DNA of 64,000 bases from Nitrospinota bacterium (lineage in GTDB: Bacteria > Nitrospinota > Nitrospinia > Nitrospinales > VA-1), in the NCBI GenBank assembly GCA_038108555.1, contig JAYNIA010000002.1:51232-115231 (forward strand), written 5' to 3'. A program made the translations under genes and the position numbers. Shown here one piece after another: positions 18,133 through 28,622 of this stretch. The notes below the pieces were generated by a model. It saw nothing but the letters and a program-made list of their open reading frames with translations. It was not told the DNA's origin and did not search any database. Every line of letters begins with the position of its first letter. The first letter of the stretch is position 1.

Positions 18133-18597
18133 ATGTTCAAAATGAAATTTCGTTTCCTTGTATCCCTGTTTATTCTAATCCCTTTAGTTTGCGGTTCCAC
18201 TCCCAAAAATTCCGAAGCTTTATGCATTAAAAATGAAAGAGCAAATTTAAGAAAAGGTCCGGGAACCAACCATGAAAAGTTATGGGAAGTTTTCAAATAC
18301 ATGCCTTTCAAGCAACTGGGAAGCAAAGGTGCATGGAAACGCATACAAGATGTGGATGGAGATATTTATTGGGTCCATGGACCGCTCACCACCCAAAAAT
18401 ACAAATGTGCTGTTATCAAAAATAATAAAACCAACCTGAGAACGGGGCCCGGCACAAACTTTCCTATAGTTCCGTGGGCTCCTGTGGACAAATTTTTCTC
18501 CATGAAAGTCCTTAAAATTGAGAAAAACTGGGTTCATATTGAGGACAGCGCAGGCGATAAAGCATGGATTTATCGTCCTCTGGTTTGGATTCAGTAG
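18133..18597 (+). CDS. exported protein with two bacterial SH3 domains
   Basis: Signal peptide; NLRKGPGT and NLRTGPGT repeats with W..I.D..G...W. Confidence 0.85.
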   Translation: MFKMKFRFLVSLFILIPLVCGSTPKNSEALCIKNERANLRKGPGTNHEKLWEVFKYMPFKQLGSKGAWKRIQDVDGDIYWVHGPLTTQKYKCAVIKNNKTNLRTGPGTNFPIVPWAPVDKFFSMKVLKIEKNWVHIEDSAGDKAWIYRPLVWIQ

Positions 18598-18810
18598 GTC
18601 AAAGCCCACATAGCAAAAAATATCAATTACCTACCAATATTTTTCACTTTTTTCCTTACCTCATGCAGGGACAGATTTCACTTTCTTAATGCCCCACTTT
18701 CAAAAAAATCCTTTATTTTGAAATTGAGGCAGATAATAATTAGGATATAAATTTTATTTTTAAGGATTCGTCCTTTTACCCCATTTAGAAGTTTTTTACA
18801 GGAGATCATC

Positions 18811-20325
18811 ATGGAGACTGCAACGATTCCAGAGCCGATTTCACCGGTGAAAGAATTTCTCTCAAAACCTCAAAAATTGCTGATAGACGGAAAACGCGTC
18901 GATGCTTCCAGCGGAGAAACCTTTGAAGTATTCGATCCTTCTAACAATTCGGTTTTGACGCGGGTCCCCAAAGGTGGAAAAGAAGATATTGATCTCGCGG
19001 TCAAGGCTGCCCGGAACGCTTTTGAAAATGGTCCCTGGAAAAAAATGACCGTATCTGAACGCGGCAAATTGATATGGAAACTGGCCGATCTCATTGAGGC
19101 AAGAACGGAAGAGTTCGCACAACTTGAAACATTAGATAACGGCAAACCTCTGGTTATATCCCGTGCGGTTGATGTCGCCCTTGTCATTGACCATTTTCGT
19201 TATTACGCGGGAATGGCCACCAAAATACACGGGGAAACCATTGATATCAGCGTTCCATACGCACCGGATGCCGAGTTTTTAGATTTTACCCGGCGGGAAC
19301 CGATGGGTGTGGTCGGGCAAATCATTCCGTGGAATTTCCCCCTATTGATGGCCGCCTGGAAACTTGGAGTTGCATTGGCAGCAGGTAATTGTGTGGTCTT
19401 AAAACCTGCAGAGCAAACTCCCCTTTCTGCTCTTCACCTTGCAGGCCTTTTTTCCGAAGCCGGTTTTCCCGATGGTGTGGTTAACATCGTGAGCGGATAT
19501 GGAGATGCAGGGGCCGCTTTGGCGGAACATATGGATGTGGACAAAGTCGCTTTCACGGGAAGCACCGAAGTGGGCCATGAAATTGTTAAAGCGTCTGCTG
19601 GAAATTTAAAACGGGTATCGCTGGAGCTGGGCGGAAAATCACCAAGCATTGTTTTTCCTGATGCCGATCTCGAGGTTGCAGCCCAGGGAGTCGCGGGAGC
19701 AATTTTCTTCAATCAGGGCCAGGTCTGCACTGCGGGCTCACGGTTATTGATCCATAAAAATGTTTACGATGAAGTACTGGGCCGAGTTGCAGATCAAGCG
19801 AAAAAAATCAAAGTGGGCCCAGGCATGTGTTCCGACACCAATATGGGCCCATTGGTTTCCCGTGAACAACAGGAAAGGGTATTGAATTATATCCGCTCAG
19901 GGGAGCAAGACGGCGCAAGCACATTAACGGGTGGCAAGGCTCTTGGAGGAGAGTTGGAGTCGGGATGTTATGTAGAACCAACCGTGTTCGAAAATGTGAA
20001 TTCGGATATGAAAATTGTGAGCGAAGAAATATTCGGACCCGTTGTTGCAGCCGCACCCTTTGAAGACATAGACAGCGTTATTGCTCGGGGAAACGATACG
20101 GAATATGGACTTGCAGCCAGTGTGTGGACAAAGGATATCAACAAGGCACACAAGGTTGCGAAAGGACTTAAATCGGGAACGGTTTGGGTGAACTGCCATA
20201 ACATCTTTGACGCTGCCGCACCTTTCGGGGGATATAAAAGAAGTGGGTTTGGCAGGGAAATGGGAATTCATGCCCTGGAAAACTATACCCAGGTCAAAAA
20301 CGTTATAATCCAACTTCAGAGCTAA
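18811..20325 (+). CDS. NAD-dependent aldehyde dehydrogenase
   Basis: IIPWNFP, FTGSTEVG, LELGGKSP, NQGQVC, EEIFGP, PFGGYK.SG.GRE. Confidence 0.95.
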   Translation: METATIPEPISPVKEFLSKPQKLLIDGKRVDASSGETFEVFDPSNNSVLTRVPKGGKEDIDLAVKAARNAFENGPWKKMTVSERGKLIWKLADLIEARTEEFAQLETLDNGKPLVISRAVDVALVIDHFRYYAGMATKIHGETIDISVPYAPDAEFLDFTRREPMGVVGQIIPWNFPLLMAAWKLGVALAAGNCVVLKPAEQTPLSALHLAGLFSEAGFPDGVVNIVSGYGDAGAALAEHMDVDKVAFTGSTEVGHEIVKASAGNLKRVSLELGGKSPSIVFPDADLEVAAQGVAGAIFFNQGQVCTAGSRLLIHKNVYDEVLGRVADQAKKIKVGPGMCSDTNMGPLVSREQQERVLNYIRSGEQDGASTLTGGKALGGELESGCYVEPTVFENVNSDMKIVSEEIFGPVVAAAPFEDIDSVIARGNDTEYGLAASVWTKDINKAHKVAKGLKSGTVWVNCHNIFDAAAPFGGYKRSGFGREMGIHALENYTQVKNVIIQLQS

Positions 20326-20347
20326 AACCAACTACTCTAAAAAAAGG

Positions 20348-21763
20348 TTAGCATGCACCCGTTAAGGGTAGGCGGATTTTGAATCGGGTTCCAACACCCA
20401 ATTTACTTTCCACATCGATGGTCCCTTTATGGGCTTCTGCAATTTGTTTGCATATGCTCAAGCCCAATCCGCTGCCACCCTCATCCTTGGAACGAGCTTT
20501 ATCTACTCTGTAAAATCTGTTGAAGATAAAGGCCAGGTCTTCTTCAGGGATTCCTATACCCGTATCAATAATGGTCATCAGGGCAAACTCTCCGTCTTTT
20601 TGCAGCGAGACTTTTAATTCTCCGCCCCGCTGGGTATATTTAATCCCGTTCTGCAAAATATTCCAAATCATTTGCCGCAACCTGACAGCATCTCCCTTCA
20701 CCTTAACTTCTTCCAGAAAAGCAATGACTATTTCGATGTTTTTTTCTTCCGCTAAAACCTCTGCATGTTTACAGACCTCTTCTACCAGCGGCTTTAATTC
20801 TATTTGTTTGCAATCGAGACTGATTTGATTCTCATCCGATTTAGAAAGCAAAAATAAATCTTCGAGGACCTTCGACATATAATTGATCTCCTCAAGATTA
20901 CTGGAAATGACTTCCTGATATTCTTCCGGACTCCTGGGCTTGCTTAGGATCAATTCATTCTGCCCCTTCAATACGGTCAGTGGCGTTCTAAGCTCATGGG
21001 AAGCATCACTGCTAAACTGGCGAACCTGTTTGAAAGAATTTTCCAGGCGATTCATCATTTCATTGAAAGTCAAAGCCAGTTGTCCCAACTCATCTTTTAT
21101 TTTCAAAACAGGGATGCGCTTGCTTAACTCCTGTCCCTGTCCAATTTCCCTTGCGGTATCAATGATTCTTGAAATTGGTTTCAACGCCCGCCTAGCCATG
21201 AACCTTGCAAACAAAGCTGCAAAAATAAGGACGGAAGGAACAGCCGTAAACAGAAATATCCTCAAATTCCTCAATGTTTCCTTAACGGCTTCGAGAGAGG
21301 TGCCCACCTGTACCAGGTTGATCAGCTTATCCTCCAGTATCACAGGCATGGTAATTACCCGAATGGGATGCTTTCCTCCCACAGTAAAGGTCTCATAACT
21401 GTTTTTCCCCTCCAGCGCATCGGAATAAGCCTGTTGGGATAATGGGAATTGAGAAGCCGTGATATTGCTGGAACGTGAACCAACGTTACCGGAACCATCA
21501 TAAATCCGGTAAAACTTGTTCAAATTCCCTTCCTTTATGAATTGATCAAAAAACTGGTTCAACCCTTGAAATGGAGAGGTACTCACCCGCATCGCCGCCG
21601 AAGTGGCAACCACGGTAGCAGAAACAGTCAGTGAGTTATCGACACTTTCATATAATCGTTTGGAAAGAAAATAATTAAGAAGAATACTAAAAAGAATCAG
21701 GATGATTGCCAGGAGGATTACATACCAGGCAGTCAGTCGGGAGCGGATGGATTTGAATGCCAT
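20348..21763 (-). CDS. two-component sensor histidine kinase (heavy-metal sensor CusS/CzcS-like)
   Basis: 2 TM + HAMP, ASHELRTPL, N box, DTGIGI, GGSGLGL. Confidence 0.9.
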   Translation of the reverse strand: MAFKSIRSRLTAWYVILLAIILILFSILLNYFLSKRLYESVDNSLTVSATVVATSAAMRVSTSPFQGLNQFFDQFIKEGNLNKFYRIYDGSGNVGSRSSNITASQFPLSQQAYSDALEGKNSYETFTVGGKHPIRVITMPVILEDKLINLVQVGTSLEAVKETLRNLRIFLFTAVPSVLIFAALFARFMARRALKPISRIIDTAREIGQGQELSKRIPVLKIKDELGQLALTFNEMMNRLENSFKQVRQFSSDASHELRTPLTVLKGQNELILSKPRSPEEYQEVISSNLEEINYMSKVLEDLFLLSKSDENQISLDCKQIELKPLVEEVCKHAEVLAEEKNIEIVIAFLEEVKVKGDAVRLRQMIWNILQNGIKYTQRGGELKVSLQKDGEFALMTIIDTGIGIPEEDLAFIFNRFYRVDKARSKDEGGSGLGLSICKQIAEAHKGTIDVESKLGVGTRFKIRLPLTGAC

Positions 21764-21765
21764 AA

Positions 21766-22434
21766 CTACACTTTCATCACATATCCAACGCCCCGCAGGG
21801 TATGCAAAAGTTTCGTAGAAAAATTCTTATCTATTTTTTTCCGTAGGTGATTGACATAAACATCGATGACATTTGTAAAGGTATCAAAGTTATAATCCCA
21901 GACATGCTCCGCAATCATTGTCCGGGTCAGCACCTTTTCCTGATTGCGCATGAAATATTCAAGCAGGCTATACTCTTTCCCGGTCAGTTCAATTTCTTCG
22001 TCCCCTCTTCTGACTTTATGGCTAACCAGGTTTAAGGTGAGGTCGGCTATTTCGAGGGTTGTTTTGGTCTCCGCTTTTCCCCTTCGCAACAGCACACGAA
22101 TTCGCGCAAGAAGCTCGGAAAAAGCAAAGGGTTTGGTCAGGTAGTCATCTGCCCCCTGATTTAACCCCTCCACCTTATCCTCAACCGCGTCTTTAGCTGT
22201 TAGGAGTAAAATTGGAGTTTCAATTTTCTGTGATCGAAGGCGGGACAGAATATCCAATCCATTAATCTTAGGAAGCATTACGTCAAGAATGATCAAATCA
22301 TATTGATTTTGCTCCCCCAGGTGAAGGCCTTCTTCGCCATCGGTCGCAATATCCACTGCATAGGTCTCTTCTTCCAACCCTTTTTTGATAAATGCTGCAA
22401 CCTTTTTTTCGTCTTCAACAATCAAAATACGCAT
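21766..22434 (-). CDS. OmpR-family response regulator (CusR/CzcR-like)
   Basis: MRILIVEDE, LDVMLP, GADDYLTKPF, TNVIDVYVNHLR. Confidence 0.93.
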   Translation of the reverse strand: MRILIVEDEKKVAAFIKKGLEEETYAVDIATDGEEGLHLGEQNQYDLIILDVMLPKINGLDILSRLRSQKIETPILLLTAKDAVEDKVEGLNQGADDYLTKPFAFSELLARIRVLLRRGKAETKTTLEIADLTLNLVSHKVRRGDEEIELTGKEYSLLEYFMRNQEKVLTRTMIAEHVWDYNFDTFTNVIDVYVNHLRKKIDKNFSTKLLHTLRGVGYVMKV

Positions 22435-22641
22435 TTATTCTTCCCATTTTTTCTGAACTTTGTGAAGCTCGATTTCTCCTTTGAGCATTTGAATATGTTT
22501 TTCACAATCCTTTTGAATTGCAGAATACATTGCGCGACAACTGTCATCATTTGCATCAATCATGGCCTGCTTGCAAACTTTGATGGCTTCCTGGGAAGCT
22601 TCCATCGCCTTTAATATATTGTCATTGAAATTTTTACTCAT
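22435..22641 (-). CDS. small Cys/His-containing helical protein (half-ferritin-like)
   Basis: 68 aa, two predicted helices, IQKDCEKHIQML; its stop codon abuts the regulator ATG. Confidence 0.65.
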   Translation of the reverse strand: MSKNFNDNILKAMEASQEAIKVCKQAMIDANDDSCRAMYSAIQKDCEKHIQMLKGEIELHKVQKKWEE

Positions 22642-22730
22642 TCTTATATCCTAAATACATTTACTAAGCATATTTTAGCATTAACCTCACGGCCCAAGGA
22701 ATCCTATTTAATAAAACCATCACGTGGAGG

Positions 22731-22976
22731 TCAGTCATTTCTTTCTTCTAATTCCCTGCCAAACAAATACTTCACCAATATAATTCCCAGCACAGCTCCA
22801 AACAAGGGCAAGGCATCAATTAACCAGAGAATATATCTCCCAAAAAAACCCAGGTTTTTGCTAAGATAGGCAGCAAAATTAACCCCTGACTCGTGCAAAA
22901 AAACAAAAATAAGGTTTATGACAGCACCACAGACAAAACCAATAAAACATCCGAAACCATAATAAATATACTTCAT
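22731..22976 (-). CDS. small membrane protein
   Basis: Two hydrophobic segments. Confidence 0.55.
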   Translation of the reverse strand: MKYIYYGFGCFIGFVCGAVINLIFVFLHESGVNFAAYLSKNLGFFGRYILWLIDALPLFGAVLGIILVKYLFGRELEERND

Positions 22977-23106
22977 AACTTGTTGTTTTCGAGCCAGCAA
23001 ACCTTTTTTTCAGGGAATATCATATATAAACAGAGGAAACCTACAAGTCTCATCAGGGCGATGGGGTTATTATACATTTTGTTCAACCTATTTTAAAACT
23101 TGAAGC

Positions 23107-23847
23107 ATGAGATTAAAAGATAAAACCGCGATCATTACAGGAGGCGGAACAGGAATCGGACGCGCCACAGCCACTGCATTTTGTAGAGAAGGGGCAAAGG
23201 TAATCCTATTTGGCCGAAGAAAAGAAAAACTCGAAAAGACCGCAGAAGAGTTAGGCAACTCTGCTTTCGTGGTCCAGGGTGATATGACAAATAATGATGA
23301 TCTGGATCAGCTTATTAACCAAACTCTGCAAAATTTTAAAGGAATCGACATCCTGGTGAATAATGCAGGTCTGTTTAACGGAGCTCCTTTACACGAAATA
23401 ACAGATTCTCAATGGGATGAAATGATGGATATTAATATTCGGTCCGTCTTCCAGCTCACACGAAGAGTTTTGCCGGTTATGCTGGCCCAAAAAAGTGGCA
23501 GCATCATCCATATCAGCTCTATTCTAGGTCTTATCGCAGTACCTCAAGTGGCAGCCTATAATGTTTCAAAGGGTGCCCTTAACCAGTTTAGCCGTTCAAT
23601 TGCAGTCGAGTATGGACCTTCAGGAATTCGTTCTAATTCCATTTGTCCGGGACTGATTGAAACCGATATGACCGCCGATTTGATGAAAGATGAAGACTTG
23701 ATGAAAGAATGGAGTAAAGACTATCCTATTGGACGGTTTGGCAAACCGGAAGATGTTGCCAGCGCCTGCCTGTATTTAGCAAGTGATGAATCATCCTTTG
23801 TAACTGGAACCGTACTCCCTGTCGATGGAGGATTTACAGCCCATTGA
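23107..23847 (+). CDS. short-chain dehydrogenase/reductase
   Basis: TGGGTGIG, NNAG, YNVSK, VDGG. Confidence 0.93.
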   Translation: MRLKDKTAIITGGGTGIGRATATAFCREGAKVILFGRRKEKLEKTAEELGNSAFVVQGDMTNNDDLDQLINQTLQNFKGIDILVNNAGLFNGAPLHEITDSQWDEMMDINIRSVFQLTRRVLPVMLAQKSGSIIHISSILGLIAVPQVAAYNVSKGALNQFSRSIAVEYGPSGIRSNSICPGLIETDMTADLMKDEDLMKEWSKDYPIGRFGKPEDVASACLYLASDESSFVTGTVLPVDGGFTAH

Positions 23848-23930
23848 ACAAGGGTTGACGCACACCCCGGCGGGTGATAAAAATCAAGATCACATCAAAA
23901 AACAGATTCCCCGGTTTTGAAAGTGCAACT

Positions 23931-25373
23931 ATGAAATATGAAACGGTAATTGGACTGGAAGTTCATGTCCAAATAAACACAAAAACCAAAATTTTCTGCC
24001 CCTGCTCCACGGAGTTTGGCAAACCACCCAACGCCAATACATGCCCCATTTGTCTGGGCATGCCCGGGGTACTACCGGTATTGAACAAACAATTTTTGGA
24101 ATCAGCAATGAAAGCCTGTCTGGCAACGCATTGCACCATTGCTCCCATGAATCGCTTTGCCAGAAAAAATTATTTCTACCCCGATCTTCCCAAGGGTTAT
24201 CAAATATCCCAATTTGAGGAACCTTTGGGGGTAAACGGGCATATCAATATAAATATAAACGGAACAAAAAAACGGATTGGACTGACCCGCATCCATATGG
24301 AAGAAGATGCCGGCAAGCTAATTCACGGGGAAAACCTTGGGAGCCCGGGAAAAAGTTATGTGGACTTCAATCGCACGGGCGTCCCTCTTTGCGAAGTGGT
24401 TAGCGAACCCGACTTGCGATCACCAGAAGAAGCAAGAGCCTACCTGGGAGAACTGAAATCCATCCTTCAATACGCAGAAGTAAGTGATTGCAATATGGAA
24501 GAAGGAAGTTTGCGCTGTGATGCCAACATTTCTCTCCGACCAGAGGGACAAAAAGAATTTGGAACCCGGACGGAACTGAAAAACCTTAATTCCTTCAAGT
24601 TTGTCCAGAAAGCCATCGAATTCGAAGTTGCCCGGCAAACACAGGTGCTGGAGCAAGGAGACCAGGTCATTCAGGAAACTCGATTGTACGATTCGGACAA
24701 GGGGGAAACCTTTTCCATGAGAAGCAAAGAAGAAGCACACGATTACCGTTATTTCCCTGATCCCGATCTGGTACCGGTGGTCGTCGATGAAGCCTGGGTT
24801 GACAAGATCAAAAAAACCCTACCCGAATTGCCAGAACAAAAACGGGAAAGATTTGTAACCGAACATAACCTTCCAGAGTACGATGCTGGTGTTCTAACCT
24901 CATCCAAGGACCTGGCGAATTATTTCGAAAAATGTACTTCCCTGCTCTCGAAACCCAAAATTATCAGCAACTGGATCATGGGGGACTTGTTGCGGGAGCT
25001 GAACAAAAGCAACCTGGAAATTCAGGAATGCCCGGTTTCTCCGGAAACCCTGGTGAGCCTGCTCAAAATGATTGACGAAGGAATCATCAGTGGCAATATT
25101 GCCAAAATGGTATTCGAAGAAATGTATCAAACTGGAAAAGAACCGACAGCTATAGTAGAAGAAAAAGGGTTAAAACAAATTACCGATGACAAAGCTATCG
25201 ACGAGATGGTAGAAACAGTCCTCCAGGCAAACCAAAGTCAGGTTGAAGAGTATAAAGGAGGTAAGGAAAAGGTACTCGGATTTCTTGTGGGGCAGGTAAT
25301 GAAATTAAGCAAAGGGAAAGCCAACCCCGGGGCGGTAAATAAACTTATTAAAGAAAAAATATCTAAAATGTAA
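23931..25373 (+). CDS. gatB: Asp/Glu-tRNA amidotransferase subunit B
   Basis: [42 protein letters not shown]. Confidence 0.97.
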   Translation: MKYETVIGLEVHVQINTKTKIFCPCSTEFGKPPNANTCPICLGMPGVLPVLNKQFLESAMKACLATHCTIAPMNRFARKNYFYPDLPKGYQISQFEEPLGVNGHINININGTKKRIGLTRIHMEEDAGKLIHGENLGSPGKSYVDFNRTGVPLCEVVSEPDLRSPEEARAYLGELKSILQYAEVSDCNMEEGSLRCDANISLRPEGQKEFGTRTELKNLNSFKFVQKAIEFEVARQTQVLEQGDQVIQETRLYDSDKGETFSMRSKEEAHDYRYFPDPDLVPVVVDEAWVDKIKKTLPELPEQKRERFVTEHNLPEYDAGVLTSSKDLANYFEKCTSLLSKPKIISNWIMGDLLRELNKSNLEIQECPVSPETLVSLLKMIDEGIISGNIAKMVFEEMYQTGKEPTAIVEEKGLKQITDDKAIDEMVETVLQANQSQVEEYKGGKEKVLGFLVGQVMKLSKGKANPGAVNKLIKEKISKM

Positions 25374-25377
25374 GTTG

Positions 25378-25920
25378 ATGAACATTTTCACAAAAAAGTT
25401 AGAAACCCTGGCGGTTAGCCTCACGGTTTTCATCATTTTAGGATCATTAACAATTGCTAAAGTCAACGCCGAACCCACATCACCCCAATCTCAAAGATTC
25501 ATTGATAATAAGGACGGCACCATCTCAGACTCGAAAACAGGTCTGATGTGGATGAAAAATGACTCTTATTTACATTCAGGTCACTGGTTGAACTGGTATG
25601 AAGCTAAAGCATATATAGGTTTGTTGAATGAAAAGGGATTTGCACAGTATAGCGATTGGAAATTTCCTACAACCCGTCAGCTCAAAACTCTTTTTGATTC
25701 AAATAAAATAAATAGCTCGCAAGTAGGTCGCGAAATGAAGATTCATACCGACCCTGTATTCGGAAAAAATGGCAGTGGTTCATTGTGGTCCGCCGATGAA
25801 AATGGCAGGCATAATGCCTTCGGAGTCGTATTCAACACCGGTGATGTTTTTAGTGGAAATAAAAAGTCCCGCTCCAGAAAAGCAACGCGGGCTGTCAGGG
25901 AAGATTTTACTAATCATTAA
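25378..25920 (+). CDS. DUF1566 (Lcl C-terminal-like) exported protein
   Basis: RFIDNKDGTISDSKTGLMW, DWKFPT, WS, RAVR. Confidence 0.82.
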   Translation: MNIFTKKLETLAVSLTVFIILGSLTIAKVNAEPTSPQSQRFIDNKDGTISDSKTGLMWMKNDSYLHSGHWLNWYEAKAYIGLLNEKGFAQYSDWKFPTTRQLKTLFDSNKINSSQVGREMKIHTDPVFGKNGSGSLWSADENGRHNAFGVVFNTGDVFSGNKKSRSRKATRAVREDFTNH

Positions 25921-25946
25921 TAATTTATCAGGGTAGCAAAACGAAA

Positions 25947-27560
25947 ATGGCACATCTTGTTTTTATCTTTTCCTTATTAGTACTAAATATTTTCTTCACC
26001 AATCCTGCCTGGGCAACTTACCCCAGCCCAGACATTGCCCACTGGGAGCTTTCTGTTTCAGACGAAAGAAATGATCCTGACTACAAGGAAATTGAAAACC
26101 TCGTAAAAGAAAAGAAATTAGATGAAGCCTTATCTGCACTGGACAAAAAGATCAAAGATCTTCCAAAAGAAGCCACACCCGTCATCCTGAAAGCATTGGT
26201 GCAACTGGAAAAAGGCATGCCCAAGGAATCGCTGGATACTTTATTGATGGGATTTAAAATGGAACGTCAGCATCCGGCGCTACACTTTGCCTTTTGCCAG
26301 ATTCACAGAAAACTGGGCAATGGAAAAACCTCGAACCGGGCCTGCATCATTGCTTCACAGCAACATCACAAAAACCCGTTGGCACATCATGAATACGCCC
26401 TGACTTTAATAGCCATGGGGGATTCAAAGAGTGCCCTTAAAGAACTATCTTTGGCTGAGCAACTCGATCCGAAAAACCCTACATACCCCTATGAAAGGGG
26501 AATGATCTTTATTTACCTGAATAAGAACAAGGAAGCAGAGGAAGCTTTTAAGAAATCATTCTCCCTTGATGAGAAAAATATTGAAGCGGCTTATCAACTC
26601 GCTTATCTATATGCCACTCAAAATAAAAAGGAACTTTCCAACACCTACATAAATAAAATTCTGGATATGAGGATGAACCACCCGAAAACAAACTCTGTTA
26701 AATTGTTAAGGGAAATAGTAAACACGAACTCAACGCAAAAATTACCTAAAAAAGTAAACACTTCTCAATATCATTTGAGCCGATCAAAATCACTTTACAA
26801 AGAGAAAAAATACGGCCTGGCCCTTATCGAAATTGAAACAGCAGCCAGATTTGCTTCTGAAGATTTAAAAACCCAGGAAATTCTAGTGGGCATGTACAGT
26901 TTGTTTCTCAGGTTGGACAAGGCCGAAGAAGCCGTATCCCGGTTTATTGAAACGGCTAAAGATGACAAATTAAAAAGTCGAGGCTATCAGGAGTGGGGGG
27001 ACATTGCCATTCTTCGGGGCAAGCTGAAAGAAGCCAAAGAATATTTTGAAACAGCTAAAAATCTGGGCGACCCACAGGACATTGCAAAATTAACCCTGGC
27101 TGAGTTTCCCGATCTGGACACTCCGATAAAAGAAGTACCTTTAAACCCCAATGAAATATTCATTAATCCCGTAAACTCCCTGAAACGGAAAGGTGAGATT
27201 TTTGCACATTTCGGGATGTACCAACGAGCCCTGGGGATCCATTCAATGATCCTCCGCATGGAACCTACCCACTTGGAAACTCTTTTGAATATGGCTACCG
27301 TTAATTTTAAATTAGAAAAATACAACCGTGCCATTTCCATTCTGGAGCGGCTACTGGTTATCCACCCCAATCACGAAAACATTCTCGCCCATCGTTTACT
27401 TCTGGCACGATCCTATGTAAAGAAAGGGGATCTTGGAAGCGGACTCAAAAACGTTGACATGGCAATCAAACTCAACCCAAGTTCAAAACAGGTGATTGCC
27501 GCAGATCCTGTATTCGAAAAGTTACGCGGCCTCGAAGGCTTCCAGAAACTGATGAATTGA
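25947..27560 (+). CDS. exported tetratricopeptide repeat protein
   Basis: Signal peptide and multiple TPR-like repeats. Confidence 0.8.
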   Translation: MAHLVFIFSLLVLNIFFTNPAWATYPSPDIAHWELSVSDERNDPDYKEIENLVKEKKLDEALSALDKKIKDLPKEATPVILKALVQLEKGMPKESLDTLLMGFKMERQHPALHFAFCQIHRKLGNGKTSNRACIIASQQHHKNPLAHHEYALTLIAMGDSKSALKELSLAEQLDPKNPTYPYERGMIFIYLNKNKEAEEAFKKSFSLDEKNIEAAYQLAYLYATQNKKELSNTYINKILDMRMNHPKTNSVKLLREIVNTNSTQKLPKKVNTSQYHLSRSKSLYKEKKYGLALIEIETAARFASEDLKTQEILVGMYSLFLRLDKAEEAVSRFIETAKDDKLKSRGYQEWGDIAILRGKLKEAKEYFETAKNLGDPQDIAKLTLAEFPDLDTPIKEVPLNPNEIFINPVNSLKRKGEIFAHFGMYQRALGIHSMILRMEPTHLETLLNMATVNFKLEKYNRAISILERLLVIHPNHENILAHRLLLARSYVKKGDLGSGLKNVDMAIKLNPSSKQVIAADPVFEKLRGLEGFQKLMN

Positions 27561-27702
27561 TCTTTTCAGGATTTAAAGCCCATCATATTTTTTACCTAAG
27601 AGTATTCCGGGACCTCATTCAACAAAACTTAGATTGACATTGTTCATGGTGTCCTGTCTAATAAAAATCCCTATTACTAGCCCTCAATTAAGGCGGTGAA
27701 AT

Positions 27703-28143
27703 ATGAGCAGTTCAAGGTCGATTTTAAAAATAAAAATCCTTTGCTTCAATCTTTTCGCATTTCTTCTAATCCCGGGGAAAACCATCTTTGCTGCGGATAT
27801 TTGCAAACAAGGCCTGAAAGAATTACGGGGCAGTCAAGGTGTGATTCAAGACAAAGGAGGAATCTGGGGTTATCTGGAACAATCCAAAAATCTACGATCT
27901 GAATCCTTATTGGGCCTGCAAATTGACGGGAAACTTCAACGTCTCATTTCCATCTTTGAAAACTTATGCAGCGAAGGTAAAATCCCAACCGCAAAGCTTC
28001 ATTCTGAAATCCTGGGGCTATTGGGAGATGCGAGAATGATTTTCAATCGACTCGGAGATAGAAGAAAAAAAGAACAGTTGATGAAAACTCTCAACGAACT
28101 TAATACAAAAATCACAACACTTTTAGAAAAATTACCGAGTTAA
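27703..28143 (+). CDS. hypothetical exported protein
   Basis: 146-aa ORF with signal-like N-terminus, immediately upstream of bcp. Confidence 0.6.
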   Translation: MSSSRSILKIKILCFNLFAFLLIPGKTIFAADICKQGLKELRGSQGVIQDKGGIWGYLEQSKNLRSESLLGLQIDGKLQRLISIFENLCSEGKIPTAKLHSEILGLLGDARMIFNRLGDRRKKEQLMKTLNELNTKITTLLEKLPS

Positions 28144-28151
28144 CAAATAAA

Positions 28152-28622
28152 ATGGCCACCAAAGAAATAAAAGAAGGAAATAAAGCGCCCGACTTTACAG
28201 CATTGGACCAGAACGGGAAAAAAGTCAAACTAAGTTCTTTTAAGGGAAAGAAAAACGTTGTCCTCTATTTTTACCCAAAGGACATGACACCCGGCTGCAC
28301 GACGCAGGCCTGCGATTTTCGGGATGAGCATAAAAAGTTCAAAAACACCGTCATATTGGGAGTCAGCATTGATTCCCAGGAAAGACATCAAAAGTTTATT
28401 GAAAAATACGACCTGCCCTTCACCCTTCTTGCCGACAGCGATAAAAAGTTGGTCCAAAAATATGGTGTATGGCAGGAAAAAAAACTATACGGCAAGACTT
28501 TTATGGGAATCGTCCGAACCACCTTTCTAATCGACAAAAGCGGAACTGTCAGGAAAATTTTCCCCAAGGTAAAATTAAAAACCCATATTGAGGAAGTTCT
28601 TGCTGAGTTGAAAGAAATCTAA
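28152..28622 (+). CDS. bcp: thioredoxin-dependent peroxiredoxin Bcp
   Basis: LYFYPKDMTPGCTTQACDFRD. Confidence 0.94.
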   Translation: MATKEIKEGNKAPDFTALDQNGKKVKLSSFKGKKNVVLYFYPKDMTPGCTTQACDFRDEHKKFKNTVILGVSIDSQERHQKFIEKYDLPFTLLADSDKKLVQKYGVWQEKKLYGKTFMGIVRTTFLIDKSGTVRKIFPKVKLKTHIEEVLAELKEI

